Below, piece after piece: positions 1 through 8,876 of a stretch of DNA of 15,454 bases. The notes beneath the pieces were generated by a model. That model was not told where the DNA came from. It saw only the letters and a list, made by a program, of their open reading frames with translations, and did not search any database. Position 1 is the stretch's first letter, and each line of letters begins with the position of its first letter. Made by a program: the position numbers and the translations under genes. Source of the stretch: Candidatus Heimdallarchaeota archaeon (GTDB taxonomy: Archaea; Asgardarchaeota; Heimdallarchaeia; Heimdallarchaeales; Heimdallarchaeaceae); contig JAEOTE010000148.1 in assembly GCA_016839945.1 (NCBI GenBank), positions 1 to 15,454 of the forward strand, in the 5' to 3' direction.

Positions 1-64
1 CATTTGAAAGGAAAGGTAGTAATAACTGTAGAATAAACAAAGAAAGAGAACAAGACGTGATTAC

Positions 65-1090
65 ATGTCTACTGAGAGTCATGAAAATATAGACACACAA
101 TTACTCAAAGAGATTTGCGATCTTTATGATATTAATGTTTTCGACTTGAATTTCATTAATGCAATTGACAAAAATTTCGTATTTGAGTTTCAGAAAGAAG
201 GTAAAGATTATATCTTAAGAGGAGGAACTCGTCATCCTGCAGATCAAGTTCAAGCTGAAATTGATTGGATTCTTTTCTTAGATTCTGCAGGAGTAAATGT
301 TTCAGTTCCCATTCTATCTAAGAACAATAAGTTTCTAGAATTAATAAAACTCAAAGATGGAATCAATAACGTTATGGTTTTTGAGAAAGCTCCTGGAAAA
401 GCTGTAGATTATCGAGATCCAGATATTTGGAATGAAAACTTATGGGAGGAAATGGGTAGAACATTAGGAAAAATGCATGCTGCTGCAGAAAAGTATAACT
501 CTCAAAAACTTGTTAGTAAAAGACTAACTGCCTTTGAGAGTGTCCAATTACAGCTTGACAATTGTTTGAATCCGCTGGAAGATAGTATAGTAATTAATAA
601 ATTCAATAAGCTGAAGACAAAATTAGATCACCTTCCAAAAGAAGAGGATGCGTATGGTTTGATACAATATGATTTTCATGCAGATAATTTCAACATTGAC
701 AAAGGAAAAATCATTGTTTACGATTTTGATGATTCTTATTATTTCTTCTTTATGTATGATCTAGCTGCTTGTATTCATGAAGCTGTTTGGGATGTTCCTG
801 ATGAGAAAAAACAGGAATTTGCAAATCGTTTCATATCAAGTGTTTGGAAAGGTTATTGCGAAGAGTATAAGCTTAATCGTAAATGGTTAGAATATCTACC
901 TGATTTTCTAAAATGGCGCGAATTTGATATTTATGCAACATTGGTAGAGACTTTCAAAGAGAAAACAGCTTCAGAAAGAATGCTATTAATGCTTGAAGAG
1001 ATAATTCCTGAATTCAAAGATAGAACAGAATCAGATGAACAGATTGTTTCGATTCCAGAAGATTTGAAAGAGTGGTTTAAGGAGTATTGA
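65..1090 (+). CDS. APH-family / type II homoserine-kinase-like phosphotransferase (YerI/AmiN-like small-molecule kinase)
   Basis: 341-aa ORF with the kinase-like motifs 'YILR', 'AEIDWILFL', 'MGRTLGKMH', a Brenner-type loop 'LIQYDFHADNF', the metal-binding 'YDFDD' and 'YDLA'. The substrate cannot be assigned from sequence. Confidence 0.85.
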   Translation: MSTESHENIDTQLLKEICDLYDINVFDLNFINAIDKNFVFEFQKEGKDYILRGGTRHPADQVQAEIDWILFLDSAGVNVSVPILSKNNKFLELIKLKDGINNVMVFEKAPGKAVDYRDPDIWNENLWEEMGRTLGKMHAAAEKYNSQKLVSKRLTAFESVQLQLDNCLNPLEDSIVINKFNKLKTKLDHLPKEEDAYGLIQYDFHADNFNIDKGKIIVYDFDDSYYFFFMYDLAACIHEAVWDVPDEKKQEFANRFISSVWKGYCEEYKLNRKWLEYLPDFLKWREFDIYATLVETFKEKTASERMLLMLEEIIPEFKDRTESDEQIVSIPEDLKEWFKEY

Positions 1091-1104
1091 CCAACAATTT
1101 TTCT

Positions 1105-1905
1105 TTACTCAAATTCAAATTCAGCTATTTCTCCTCCAACAATATGAAAATGAGCATTAAATCTCTCCTCTTGAGGAATTTTTTCTTTATCCATTTGTTT
1201 CTCAAATCTAGCTTTTAATTTGTGAAAATCTGCAGATAGCTTCGTTAATAATTTTAAAATCTCAAAAATATGTCTTGGTTTAGCAATTTTTATATCAAGT
1301 GGCATATTAACCAAACTTCCAAGAGGATGACGAGTATTCTTGGGTTTTTTACCACTTATGAAAGCTTTTTCTGCTTGTTCGAGATTCCTGAGCATAATGT
1401 TTTCCAGAATATGATTGTAAGACATTCTACCTCTATCAAGATCAGCTTGTCTCCCTATGTTTGGGTGATTCGCAAGCATATCTATATATATTCTATATAG
1501 TTCCTCATCTGATTGTTCAAGAAGTATATCTATTGCTTTCATCAGTTTGTCTTTTACTTCTTCCGGAGATGGTTCACCAAAATGTCTTCTAGCCAATGAA
1601 GTTAACTGATAAAATATCCCTTTGCAGCTTTGTGTCATTTCATTATCTACTTCTAATAATGCAGGTTCTTTAGTCAGAATCTTTATATGATGGTAGATTG
1701 TTGCATCATTCTTACCTAATAAATTTGCTAATTTTCTAATATTTGCAGAACCAAAATTAGTGATTGCCATAAGTATAGATAGTCTTGTCTCAACTGCATA
1801 TGTTTCTTCTATTTTCTTGCGTATCTTTGGATCTTTTAGTGCTTCCCTCAAACCTTTGTACTCAACATCTATTCTATCTGGTTTTGACTTACTCATGCTT
1901 AACAC
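1105..1905 (-). CDS. Winged helix-turn-helix (ArsR-like) transcriptional regulator with a C-terminal extension
   Basis: 'ETRLSILMAITNFGSANIRKLANLLGKNDATIYHHIKILTK...GIFYQLT' fits the ArsR/HTH_20-type wHTH pattern. Start is GTG at 1905 or ATG at 1896. Divergent from the GNAT gene. Confidence 0.8.
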   Translation of the reverse strand: MLSMSKSKPDRIDVEYKGLREALKDPKIRKKIEETYAVETRLSILMAITNFGSANIRKLANLLGKNDATIYHHIKILTKEPALLEVDNEMTQSCKGIFYQLTSLARRHFGEPSPEEVKDKLMKAIDILLEQSDEELYRIYIDMLANHPNIGRQADLDRGRMSYNHILENIMLRNLEQAEKAFISGKKPKNTRHPLGSLVNMPLDIKIAKPRHIFEILKLLTKLSADFHKLKARFEKQMDKEKIPQEERFNAHFHIVGGEIAEFEFE

Positions 1906-1949
1906 TTTTACTCTTTTACTTCAATTCTATGATGTTTTTCACCTTTATA

Positions 1950-2040
1950 AATTTAATTATCAAATTAATTTAATTATCAAAACATTTAAAAGTACTTTTG
2001 TGAAAGATAATTTAATCATCAAATTATTATGATTATTAAA
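1950..2040. promoter_or_regulatory. Divergent promoter region with two tandem pairs of a 15-bp direct repeat (putative operator)
   Basis: AATTTAATTATCAAA is exact at 1950-1964 and 1967-1981. AATTTAATCATCAAA lies at 2009-2023 and a degenerate copy (11/15) at 2026-2040. Both pairs have a 17-bp period and flank TTTAAA (1985-1990) and the palindrome AAAAGTACTTTT (1988-1999). Confidence 0.55.
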
Positions 2041-2063
2041 TGTAAATTAAATCAGGTGAAAAA

Positions 2064-3089
2064 ATGAAAACAAAAAGTGAAAGTAAGATGGAGATAAAAA
2101 ATGAAGAATTAACAGTGAGAGAATGGGATTTTAAGAAAGACGTGGAAAAGGTTTCATCTTTACTTGAAGTAGTTTTTGAAAATGAATTACAATCAAAAGG
2201 TTTGAGTGTGAAAGCGTTTTTTGATGAATATAAAGCGTTATTACCATTTTTAAAATTCTTAGGAATATTTTCATCCAATTTCAAACATAGTTTAGATGGT
2301 TTTGTTATTGAGAATCAGAATGAGGAGATTATAGCTTCAGTCAATGTTGGATTTGCACTTTCTTATTGGGAGATAGCTATGGTAGCAACTCATCCTGTTT
2401 ACAGAAGGAAGGGTTTAGCTAGAATGCTTGTAACTAGAGCGATAGAACATGCTAAGAATCTTGGTGCGAAAATGTGTGCTCTTGAAGTTCTTGATATAAA
2501 TGAACCAGCATATAATTTGTATAAAAGTCTTAATTTCATTCACTATGACAGTGTAACCAGAAAGAAATTAGAACCTAAAAATCTAGAAGAAATACCTTTT
2601 ATTGAATTACCTGAAGGATATCTCTTATCTGAAATAAAGCGCAACAAAAAAACTAACCAAGCTCGATATGAGTTAGATTTGAGAGTAACACCAGAAGAAG
2701 TTCAGGCATTTCATCCTGTAAATAGAAAAAAATATCATAGACCTATTCTCATTCGAATGATTAGACCAGTAGCAAGACTTTTCATTAAAATGAAATCTAA
2801 ACATTGGACTATTTACAAAGAGGATAAATTGGTTGCTACAATGTCTTCCCGTGTAAGTAGTAAAGAAGGATCACCTCATAGGATAGATCTTATGATTGAT
2901 ACAAATCATAGAGAGAATCTAGTAGAACCTCTGTTGACATACTGTTTAGATTACATCAAGAAAAACAAGATTAATGAACAAAATACAATAATTGAACTAC
3001 GTTCATCAGAAACAGAATATGTAAAGGTTAGTGAGAAGTACAATTTCATTGACATTGAAACCATGCATTTGTTGGGTTTAAAACTATAA
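2064..3089 (+). CDS. GNAT-family N-acetyltransferase (N-terminal GNAT domain plus a probable degenerate second GNAT-like domain)
   Basis: Acetyl-CoA motif A 'VATHPVYRRKGLARMLV' and motif B 'LEVLDINEPAYNLYKSLNF'. RBS AGGTGA at 2054-2059. Confidence 0.85.
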   Translation: MKTKSESKMEIKNEELTVREWDFKKDVEKVSSLLEVVFENELQSKGLSVKAFFDEYKALLPFLKFLGIFSSNFKHSLDGFVIENQNEEIIASVNVGFALSYWEIAMVATHPVYRRKGLARMLVTRAIEHAKNLGAKMCALEVLDINEPAYNLYKSLNFIHYDSVTRKKLEPKNLEEIPFIELPEGYLLSEIKRNKKTNQARYELDLRVTPEEVQAFHPVNRKKYHRPILIRMIRPVARLFIKMKSKHWTIYKEDKLVATMSSRVSSKEGSPHRIDLMIDTNHRENLVEPLLTYCLDYIKKNKINEQNTIIELRSSETEYVKVSEKYNFIDIETMHLLGLKL

Positions 3090-3330
3090 AATTTTGTATA
3101 GGAGTTTTAAGTCCTCAACTATTTTGCCTTACATTGAATTTCTTTTATTTTTTTATAAACAAGATTTTTTCTTATCTAAATGCTTAGGAACGGTTATATC
3201 TGTGATTTCTGAGTTTTTTCTTTTTTATTTCCATCAGTATCCCCATTACATTTTTAAACATAAAACAACATATATTGTTTGAATTCATACAGATGGTCAA
3301 TTATCTGTTTTAAAAAAAAGAGGTTCAAAA

Positions 3331-5424
3331 ATGAAAAAAATAAAAAAAAGTTTAGCAATCGCTATAGCTATTGCTTTGTGCTTCACATTGAATCAAATGG
3401 TATTAGACGGTTTAAGCCACCCATTACCTCAAGATGCTATCTCTATTGGTACTGAAGAACAATCAATTAGAAAAGCTCCATTGGATGTTATAATTGATTT
3501 TGATGATTTAGGAGACTTAGTAACTATTGGTACTCATTATACAAATCTAATCTTTTCTCCAGGATATCAATCATGGAATTCAACTGGAAGTTCTTCATGG
3601 CCACCAGAATCAGGTGAAAACGTAGCGTTTAGTCATGAAATAAATAATTGGTTTGTTTTCGAAATTCCAATTCAGAAAGTTGGATTGTTTGTTTCAACAG
3701 GTATTGCAGAACACCAAATGGTTGTAACAGCATATACTAATCATAGTGTAGCTGTAGAAGAAATTTCAGTACTTGCAAATACTCCTAACCAATACATTGA
3801 ATTCAACTCACCTTTAGGACGTATTTATAATATCACTGTGAGTGGGTTGCCTAGTTTCTTTAACCAATGGACAATAGACACGATAAGTTACTCAGAATTT
3901 ACTTCCCCAGCACCAAATCTTATAGATTTTGAAGATTTAGCCAATGCTGCACCGGTTCTTGAAAATTATGCTGGAATATCCTTTACACCAGGTTTCTTAG
4001 CTTGGGATGCATCTGGTAGTGTTCTCTATCCTCCACATTCAGGAAATATGGTTATCTATACCTTTGAAGTAAATCCAAATGTCACGTTCTCCTTCCCAGT
4101 TGAGTTTGTTTCATTCTATGCTTGTGTAGGTGGGGATTATTATGGGCAAGCTCTTGCATATAGTGAGAGCGGAATTTTGCTTGATAGAGCTTATATCAAT
4201 GCTGACACGCCGAATCAATATATAACGCTTAGATCTCGTCTTGGAATGATCCATAATATTACAGTTATTGGAGATGCTGGTTTTAATAATCACTGGACAA
4301 TGGATGATCTATGTTATATTGAGTACATCCCAGAGAATTATCAATTACTTGAGTTTGATGAAGTAGCAGATCAAACACATATAGGGAGTATCTATGATGG
4401 TATAACTTTCACTCCTGGATATGCCACTTGGAATTCAACTGGAAACATATACTACCCCCCAGTATCACTTCATAATGTTCTTTACACTCATGAAGTTAGT
4501 AATAATATCACTTTTGATAATCCGATAGCTTACGTTAGTTTTTATATCTGTGCTCCCTCAGACTATGATATAATAGTAGAAGTTTATAATGTAGATGATG
4601 TTCTCATACAAGTTTTTGGTGTTGCACCTGATTCCTTGAATAGCTTCGTGGAATTGTATTCTGCTGGAGGTTTCATTCACAGAATATCTATTTCAGGTTC
4701 AACTGGTTTTGAGACTCACTGGGGGATGGATAATTTGTATTTTGAAGAATTTAAGGAATCTTTTGAGTTTCTGTTAGATTTCGAAGATCGACCCCTACCA
4801 AACGATTTCTTAGACTTATACCCACATATAATTTTCACAACAGATTTCACAGCTTACAATACATATGGTAATCCAAATTATCCACCAAGTTCGGGATACT
4901 ATGTAGCTAGCAGTATGGTACATAATCCTAACATAACATTCACAATTCCAATTATGTACGTCAATTTCTACATCAGCGCACCTTTGGATTATGATCTAGA
5001 AGTCTTAGCATACTCTGCATTAGATGAACTTATCTTCAAAGTGAGTTTAGAAGTACCTTCCATCAACAAACTAGTGGAAATATACTCAGAGGATTCAGAA
5101 ATAAGCAGAATCACTATTAATGGAACATTAGGATACCCAGGTTTCTGGGGAATAGACAATCTATATTATGCGGCAAACATTTATACATATGATTTTGACG
5201 GAGATGGACTTTCACACTACGAAGAATTAACATATGGAACAGATCCCTCAAATCCCGATACTGACGGCGACGGTTATTCTGACGGTGAAGAAGTAGCTGA
5301 AGGAACCGATCCTCTTGATCCACTAGATTATCCTATTGCAGTTCCTGAATTCGGTCACTTAGCATTTATTTTGTTTGTACCATTTTTCTTTGTTTTAGGT
5401 TTACTCTTCAGGAAAAGAAGGTAA
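3331..5424 (+). CDS. Cell-surface protein: signal peptide, four ~142-aa beta-rich repeats, TSP3-like Ca-binding repeats, PEF-CTERM-type anchor
   Basis: N-terminus is MKKIKK plus a hydrophobic stretch. Four repeats start I/L-I/L-D/E-F-D/E-D/E. Acidic motifs '[10 protein letters not shown]...[25 protein letters not shown]'. C-terminus is VPEF (5341-5352) + TM helix + RKRR. RBS GAGGT at 3320-3324. Many N-x-S/T sequons. Confidence 0.85.
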   Translation: MKKIKKSLAIAIAIALCFTLNQMVLDGLSHPLPQDAISIGTEEQSIRKAPLDVIIDFDDLGDLVTIGTHYTNLIFSPGYQSWNSTGSSSWPPESGENVAFSHEINNWFVFEIPIQKVGLFVSTGIAEHQMVVTAYTNHSVAVEEISVLANTPNQYIEFNSPLGRIYNITVSGLPSFFNQWTIDTISYSEFTSPAPNLIDFEDLANAAPVLENYAGISFTPGFLAWDASGSVLYPPHSGNMVIYTFEVNPNVTFSFPVEFVSFYACVGGDYYGQALAYSESGILLDRAYINADTPNQYITLRSRLGMIHNITVIGDAGFNNHWTMDDLCYIEYIPENYQLLEFDEVADQTHIGSIYDGITFTPGYATWNSTGNIYYPPVSLHNVLYTHEVSNNITFDNPIAYVSFYICAPSDYDIIVEVYNVDDVLIQVFGVAPDSLNSFVELYSAGGFIHRISISGSTGFETHWGMDNLYFEEFKESFEFLLDFEDRPLPNDFLDLYPHIIFTTDFTAYNTYGNPNYPPSSGYYVASSMVHNPNITFTIPIMYVNFYISAPLDYDLEVLAYSALDELIFKVSLEVPSINKLVEIYSEDSEISRITINGTLGYPGFWGIDNLYYAANIYTYDFDGDGLSHYEELTYGTDPSNPDTDGDGYSDGEEVAEGTDPLDPLDYPIAVPEFGHLAFILFVPFFFVLGLLFRKRR
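3490..5169 (+). repeat. Four tandem intragenic protein repeats of 142-143 aa
   Basis: Repeats start at 3490, 3919, 4345 and 4771 (spacings 429, 426, 426 nt). Shared pattern: xxDFxD...Y..I.F..G...W...G...YPPxSG..V...NITF..PI..V.FY...AY...N...E..S....I..I.I.G..GF...W..D.L.Y. Confidence 0.9.
5191..5322 (+). repeat. Thrombospondin type-3-like (DxDGDG...GTDP) calcium-binding repeats
   Basis: [22 protein letters not shown] followed by [22 protein letters not shown]. Confidence 0.8.
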
Positions 5425-5434
5425 ATTTAAACTC

Positions 5435-5456
5435 TCTTCCTTTTTTTTCTTTTTTT
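5435..5456 (+). terminator. Oligo-T archaeal-type terminator
   Basis: TCTTCC followed by T8-C-T7, starting 10 nt after the stop of the 697-aa gene. Confidence 0.6.
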
Positions 5457-5602
5457 ATAATCAGTTATCTTCTTTCTTCACCCATCATTAAGCTAGCTTT
5501 ATCAATGTTTATGATAGAAATTAACCAAAAATCACCAAATAAGTTCCCCTGAAAATAACAAAAAAATACCAAAAATCCAAAAATTATGGAAGTCTAAAGA
5601 AA

Positions 5603-6718
5603 ATGATAAAAAGTAAGAGGAAAATGCTAGTGTTTAGCATTACGGGGATTCTGCTGCTTAGTTCATTAATGTTTCAGTTCTACTTTTTAAGAATCAACTC
5701 AAATTCAGATGAAAAATATGAATTTAAATCAAATTGTTCTATATTTACTGTAAAAAATGAAGATTCGGTTTATTTTGGTAATAATGAAGATGAAGGGGGA
5801 AATCGTAGAAGAACAGATATGTGGTTTGTTCCATCTGATGATAATCAGTTCTATGGTTGTGTTTATGTAGGATTTGCTGAAAACGAACCAGGAGGGGATG
5901 ATGTTGATGGAATAGAAATAGGGGGGATGAATACAGAGGGACTCTGTTTTGATGGTAATGGGATTTTTCCAGGTGAAGCTGTTAATCCTGTTGAAGAGTA
6001 TGGATCCCCTATGAGCTATCTTACTTGTAGAGGACAAGTTTTACGAGAATGTGCAACTGTGATCGAAGTAATCCAATGGTATCAAACACACAATCTAGGA
6101 GGAGAATGGTGGGGTCAAACTCATTGGGCTGATAAAACTGGTGATGCTGTAGTTGTAAGCCCTGCAATTGATGGAGGGATAGCTTTCACACGAATAACTG
6201 GAGATTATTTAATCTCAACAAATTTCAATGTTGATCATCCTCAAGGTCAATATTATCCTTGTTGGAGATATAATATAATGACATCTATGTTAGAAGAGAT
6301 TACCACAACAGATAGTGTTACTGTAGAAAATTGTGCTCAAATACTAGATGTAGTTCATGCACCTCCCGGTAGTACTTATCCAGGAACAGTTTATTCTAAT
6401 GTTTTTGATTTGAAACAACAAATAATATATCTTTACATTCATGGTGATTACGATAATGTTGTTCTATTAAATCTTACAGAAGAATTAGGTAAAAATTATC
6501 ATGGTTATATAATTAATGATTTAGCAGATTCCTCACCTGAAGAATTGTATACCAATTCAGATTTGTGGCCAATAGAACCTAAAATGAGTATTTCATCTAC
6601 ATCGATTCTTATAACAATTGTAACTGCACCAATTGTATTCTTTCTTGGATTTTGGGTATTTACAACTAATTGTATTAAGAAACTGAAAGTAAAAGGAGGA
6701 AAAAACGATGGTAATTGA
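5603..6718 (+). CDS. Membrane-anchored extracellular Ntn-hydrolase (Cys nucleophile; choloylglycine hydrolase / penicillin V acylase / NAAA-like amidase)
   Basis: Signal or TM segment, then 'C45-SIFTV...YFGNNED' (Ntn N-terminal strand), 'GGMNTEGLCFDG', 'LRECATV.EVI', 'ADKTGDAVVV', 'STNF' and 'TVYSNVFDLKQQIIYLY'. C-terminal TM helix plus a basic tail. Confidence 0.8.
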   Translation: MIKSKRKMLVFSITGILLLSSLMFQFYFLRINSNSDEKYEFKSNCSIFTVKNEDSVYFGNNEDEGGNRRRTDMWFVPSDDNQFYGCVYVGFAENEPGGDDVDGIEIGGMNTEGLCFDGNGIFPGEAVNPVEEYGSPMSYLTCRGQVLRECATVIEVIQWYQTHNLGGEWWGQTHWADKTGDAVVVSPAIDGGIAFTRITGDYLISTNFNVDHPQGQYYPCWRYNIMTSMLEEITTTDSVTVENCAQILDVVHAPPGSTYPGTVYSNVFDLKQQIIYLYIHGDYDNVVLLNLTEELGKNYHGYIINDLADSSPEELYTNSDLWPIEPKMSISSTSILITIVTAPIVFFLGFWVFTTNCIKKLKVKGGKNDGN

Positions 6719-7709
6719 AATACAAAAAATAACATCGATAGTCATTGCTATCCTAATTCCAATTCTAATAATTGCTATTTCATTCTTTATTTCTTACTTA
6801 GCTAAGAAAAACAATAACTCTTGGATAACTAAAGTTGCGAAATTTCTAACTAATCCAATCCAATTTAACTCAATATTAGAAAATCCTGATATAAGTGGAT
6901 TACCTGAAACAAAGACAAGAAAAATCATTGGAAAAGAAATTCTAAAACGAATGAACCTTATTTATTTTATAATAGGTATTTTTCTCCTCTGCAGTTTTTT
7001 AAGTGAATTATATCAAGTTCTTGCTGATCGCACATTACTTTATATCTTCGCACAAATAGTTGATGGAACATCTCCTCCAAGTTCCGTATGGTCATCAGTT
7101 ATAATAGAATCTCCATTTAGTGCTGGTTTTACAGGATTTCAAATATGGTATGATATGTATCCCAACCCTATACTGTTCGAGCAGTATTATCACCGTACTT
7201 GGGAATGGATTTTTTATACCAGTGGGCTTTATAATAATCTTTTTCCAAATATGCAATATGAATTCTTTGGACAACCAGTCAATACAATGGTTTTTACTTA
7301 TTCAAGTTTGATTATGGTATTTACAATAATTATAGGTACAATATTTCTTTTACAGCTCTTATGGAAAGACATAAGAAAATCATTTTTTGCTTCATTATTC
7401 TTCTTTGAAGCAGGAATGGTTATAGGAACTAAAGGTGTATTTTCATGTTTTGCTCAAGCTTGGCAAATCGAGGTAAATGGAAAATTATTGCAATATGGAG
7501 CACATGTAATATCAAGAAGTGTAATTGCTGCTGAATGGGCAATTCTTGGTTTGTTACCAATTATCTTTGGATTGTACTTCCTTTTCCTTTGGATAGGAAA
7601 GAAAATCTGGCAAATTCACTATTCTCAAACAGAATCAATTAGCAAAAAATCATTATTGATTTTTGTTAGTGTTAATTATTTTGTTGCTCTAATAATTCTT
7701 CTTTTTTAA
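6708..7709 (+). CDS. Uncharacterised polytopic membrane protein (~6 TM) with an aromatic-rich loop
   Basis: 333-aa ORF with about six hydrophobic segments. It overlaps the upstream gene by 11 nt and has a strong RBS (AAGGAGG) inside that gene's end. Confidence 0.75.
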   Translation: MVIEIQKITSIVIAILIPILIIAISFFISYLAKKNNNSWITKVAKFLTNPIQFNSILENPDISGLPETKTRKIIGKEILKRMNLIYFIIGIFLLCSFLSELYQVLADRTLLYIFAQIVDGTSPPSSVWSSVIIESPFSAGFTGFQIWYDMYPNPILFEQYYHRTWEWIFYTSGLYNNLFPNMQYEFFGQPVNTMVFTYSSLIMVFTIIIGTIFLLQLLWKDIRKSFFASLFFFEAGMVIGTKGVFSCFAQAWQIEVNGKLLQYGAHVISRSVIAAEWAILGLLPIIFGLYFLFLWIGKKIWQIHYSQTESISKKSLLIFVSVNYFVALIILLF

Positions 7710-7712
7710 GTG

Positions 7713-7727
7713 AAAAAGGAAGAAAAT
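7713..7727 (-). terminator. Oligo-T terminator of the HGSNAT-like gene
   Basis: Minus strand reads TTTTCTTCCTTTTT just after the stop, in the 19-nt gap between convergent genes. Confidence 0.5.
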
Positions 7728-7728
7728 T

Positions 7729-8820
7729 CTAAATTACAATATATACTTTTTTTCTATTCATCCAAACCGCAAATAGCCAAATTATAACCACATTCACTGC
7801 AGCTATAAACATGACAAGAGCACCATGAGTGCTTTGGGGGAGATATAAAGTTGCTAGCAAAATGAAGAGTGGGTGAATAATATAAAGGAATAGTGCATTT
7901 CTTCCAAAAGGCTGAAGGATAAAACTTCTACCCTTAGTTATATCTTTTTTGTCAAACAAATACCAAATTAGATAGAATAATAATGCAGAAATCCCAATTG
8001 TCAAAGCAACATAGGATGGAGTCATTCTTTCCTTAGATATCCCACCATGTAGTGGAAAACCATATGCTTTCCAGATAAAATGAATAATTATCCCAATTGC
8101 TGTAAAAGCAGCACCACTTATCAGGATTGGAAGTTTCTTTTTTTCACCAAAAAGATCAATAATAGCTGTAGTAATTAACAACATTGCAGCAAAACCGATA
8201 CCACCAATAATTCCCCCATGTTCATCTAAAAGATTCAAATCTCCAAGAGTCATCATTACACTTTCAATCTCAATTGGTATATTTAGTATGAATTGATATC
8301 CCACTAAAGTTCCTACACCTATAACTAATCTTACTATTCTGGGTAATATAATAAAGAACATAGTAAATAATCCAGCATACCCAATAGCTTGTAAAACACC
8401 CCAAGTAAAACTGAATCCTTCACTTGGAATTAGGTAAACGCTTCCTATAAATCCAAAACCAGCTAAAGCCCCATATCTTCTTGCAAATCTAGTATATGTC
8501 TTCACGTATCCTTCTCTCTTTAGAGTTCGATCAAAGGACATTTTATAGGTAAGACCAATTGCGAAAATAAAGATTGGTGCGATTACATCAACATAAGTTA
8601 AACCATAATCTGTAGCGTGTTTAGACCATGCAGGAACATTATCAAAAGGTGCAATTATATCTACAAAAATCATGCCTACAATTGCTAAACCTCTGAAAAG
8701 ATCTATACTTAAATAACGCATCTTTTTGGTTTTCAAATCATTGGTTTCAAATTCTTCCTGAGATTCAGAATGATGTATTTCTATAGGTTCTTTGCTGGTT
8801 TTGTTACTAGTAACTGACAT
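7729..8820 (-). CDS. Heparan-alpha-glucosaminide N-acetyltransferase (HGSNAT)/NagX-like membrane acyltransferase (DUF1624/DUF5009-type)
   Basis: Signature 'RYLSIDLFRGLAIVGMIFVD', 'WSKHA..YGLTYVDVIAPIFIFAIG', 'GVLQAIG', 'ISKERMTPSY', 'FGRNALFLY'; ~10 TM. The ORF extends to 8862, but ATG 8820 is preferred because GAAAG-TATTTATT (BRE/TATA-like) lies ~25-37 nt upstream of it. Confidence 0.8.
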   Translation of the reverse strand: MSVTSNKTSKEPIEIHHSESQEEFETNDLKTKKMRYLSIDLFRGLAIVGMIFVDIIAPFDNVPAWSKHATDYGLTYVDVIAPIFIFAIGLTYKMSFDRTLKREGYVKTYTRFARRYGALAGFGFIGSVYLIPSEGFSFTWGVLQAIGYAGLFTMFFIILPRIVRLVIGVGTLVGYQFILNIPIEIESVMMTLGDLNLLDEHGGIIGGIGFAAMLLITTAIIDLFGEKKKLPILISGAAFTAIGIIIHFIWKAYGFPLHGGISKERMTPSYVALTIGISALLFYLIWYLFDKKDITKGRSFILQPFGRNALFLYIIHPLFILLATLYLPQSTHGALVMFIAAVNVVIIWLFAVWMNRKKVYIVI

Positions 8821-8876
8821 CTTGAATATTATAATCATAGAAACAATAAATACTTTCTTCATACATTTTTTATATT

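Noticed and set aside
1950-2040. Direct repeats as a mini-CRISPR or replication-origin iterons
   Set aside because: Repeats are 15 bp with 2-nt gaps, there are no spacer-length unique sequences, and no cas or orc1/cdc6 gene is nearby.
1270-2284. Short ORFs 1270-1500, 1760-2032, 1785-1973 and 2036-2284
   Set aside because: They are antisense shadows of the regulator and GNAT genes, with no motifs.
3094-3282. 62-aa ORF in the GNAT / surface-protein intergenic region
   Set aside because: TTG start without RBS. Its Phe-rich content derives from T-tracts that look like terminator or promoter DNA.
6708-7709. The ~6-TM protein as the archaeosortase for the local CTERM proteins
   Set aside because: No recognisable archaeosortase catalytic Cys-x-Gly / Arg / Arg-His arrangement. 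An HMM search would be needed to exclude it fully.
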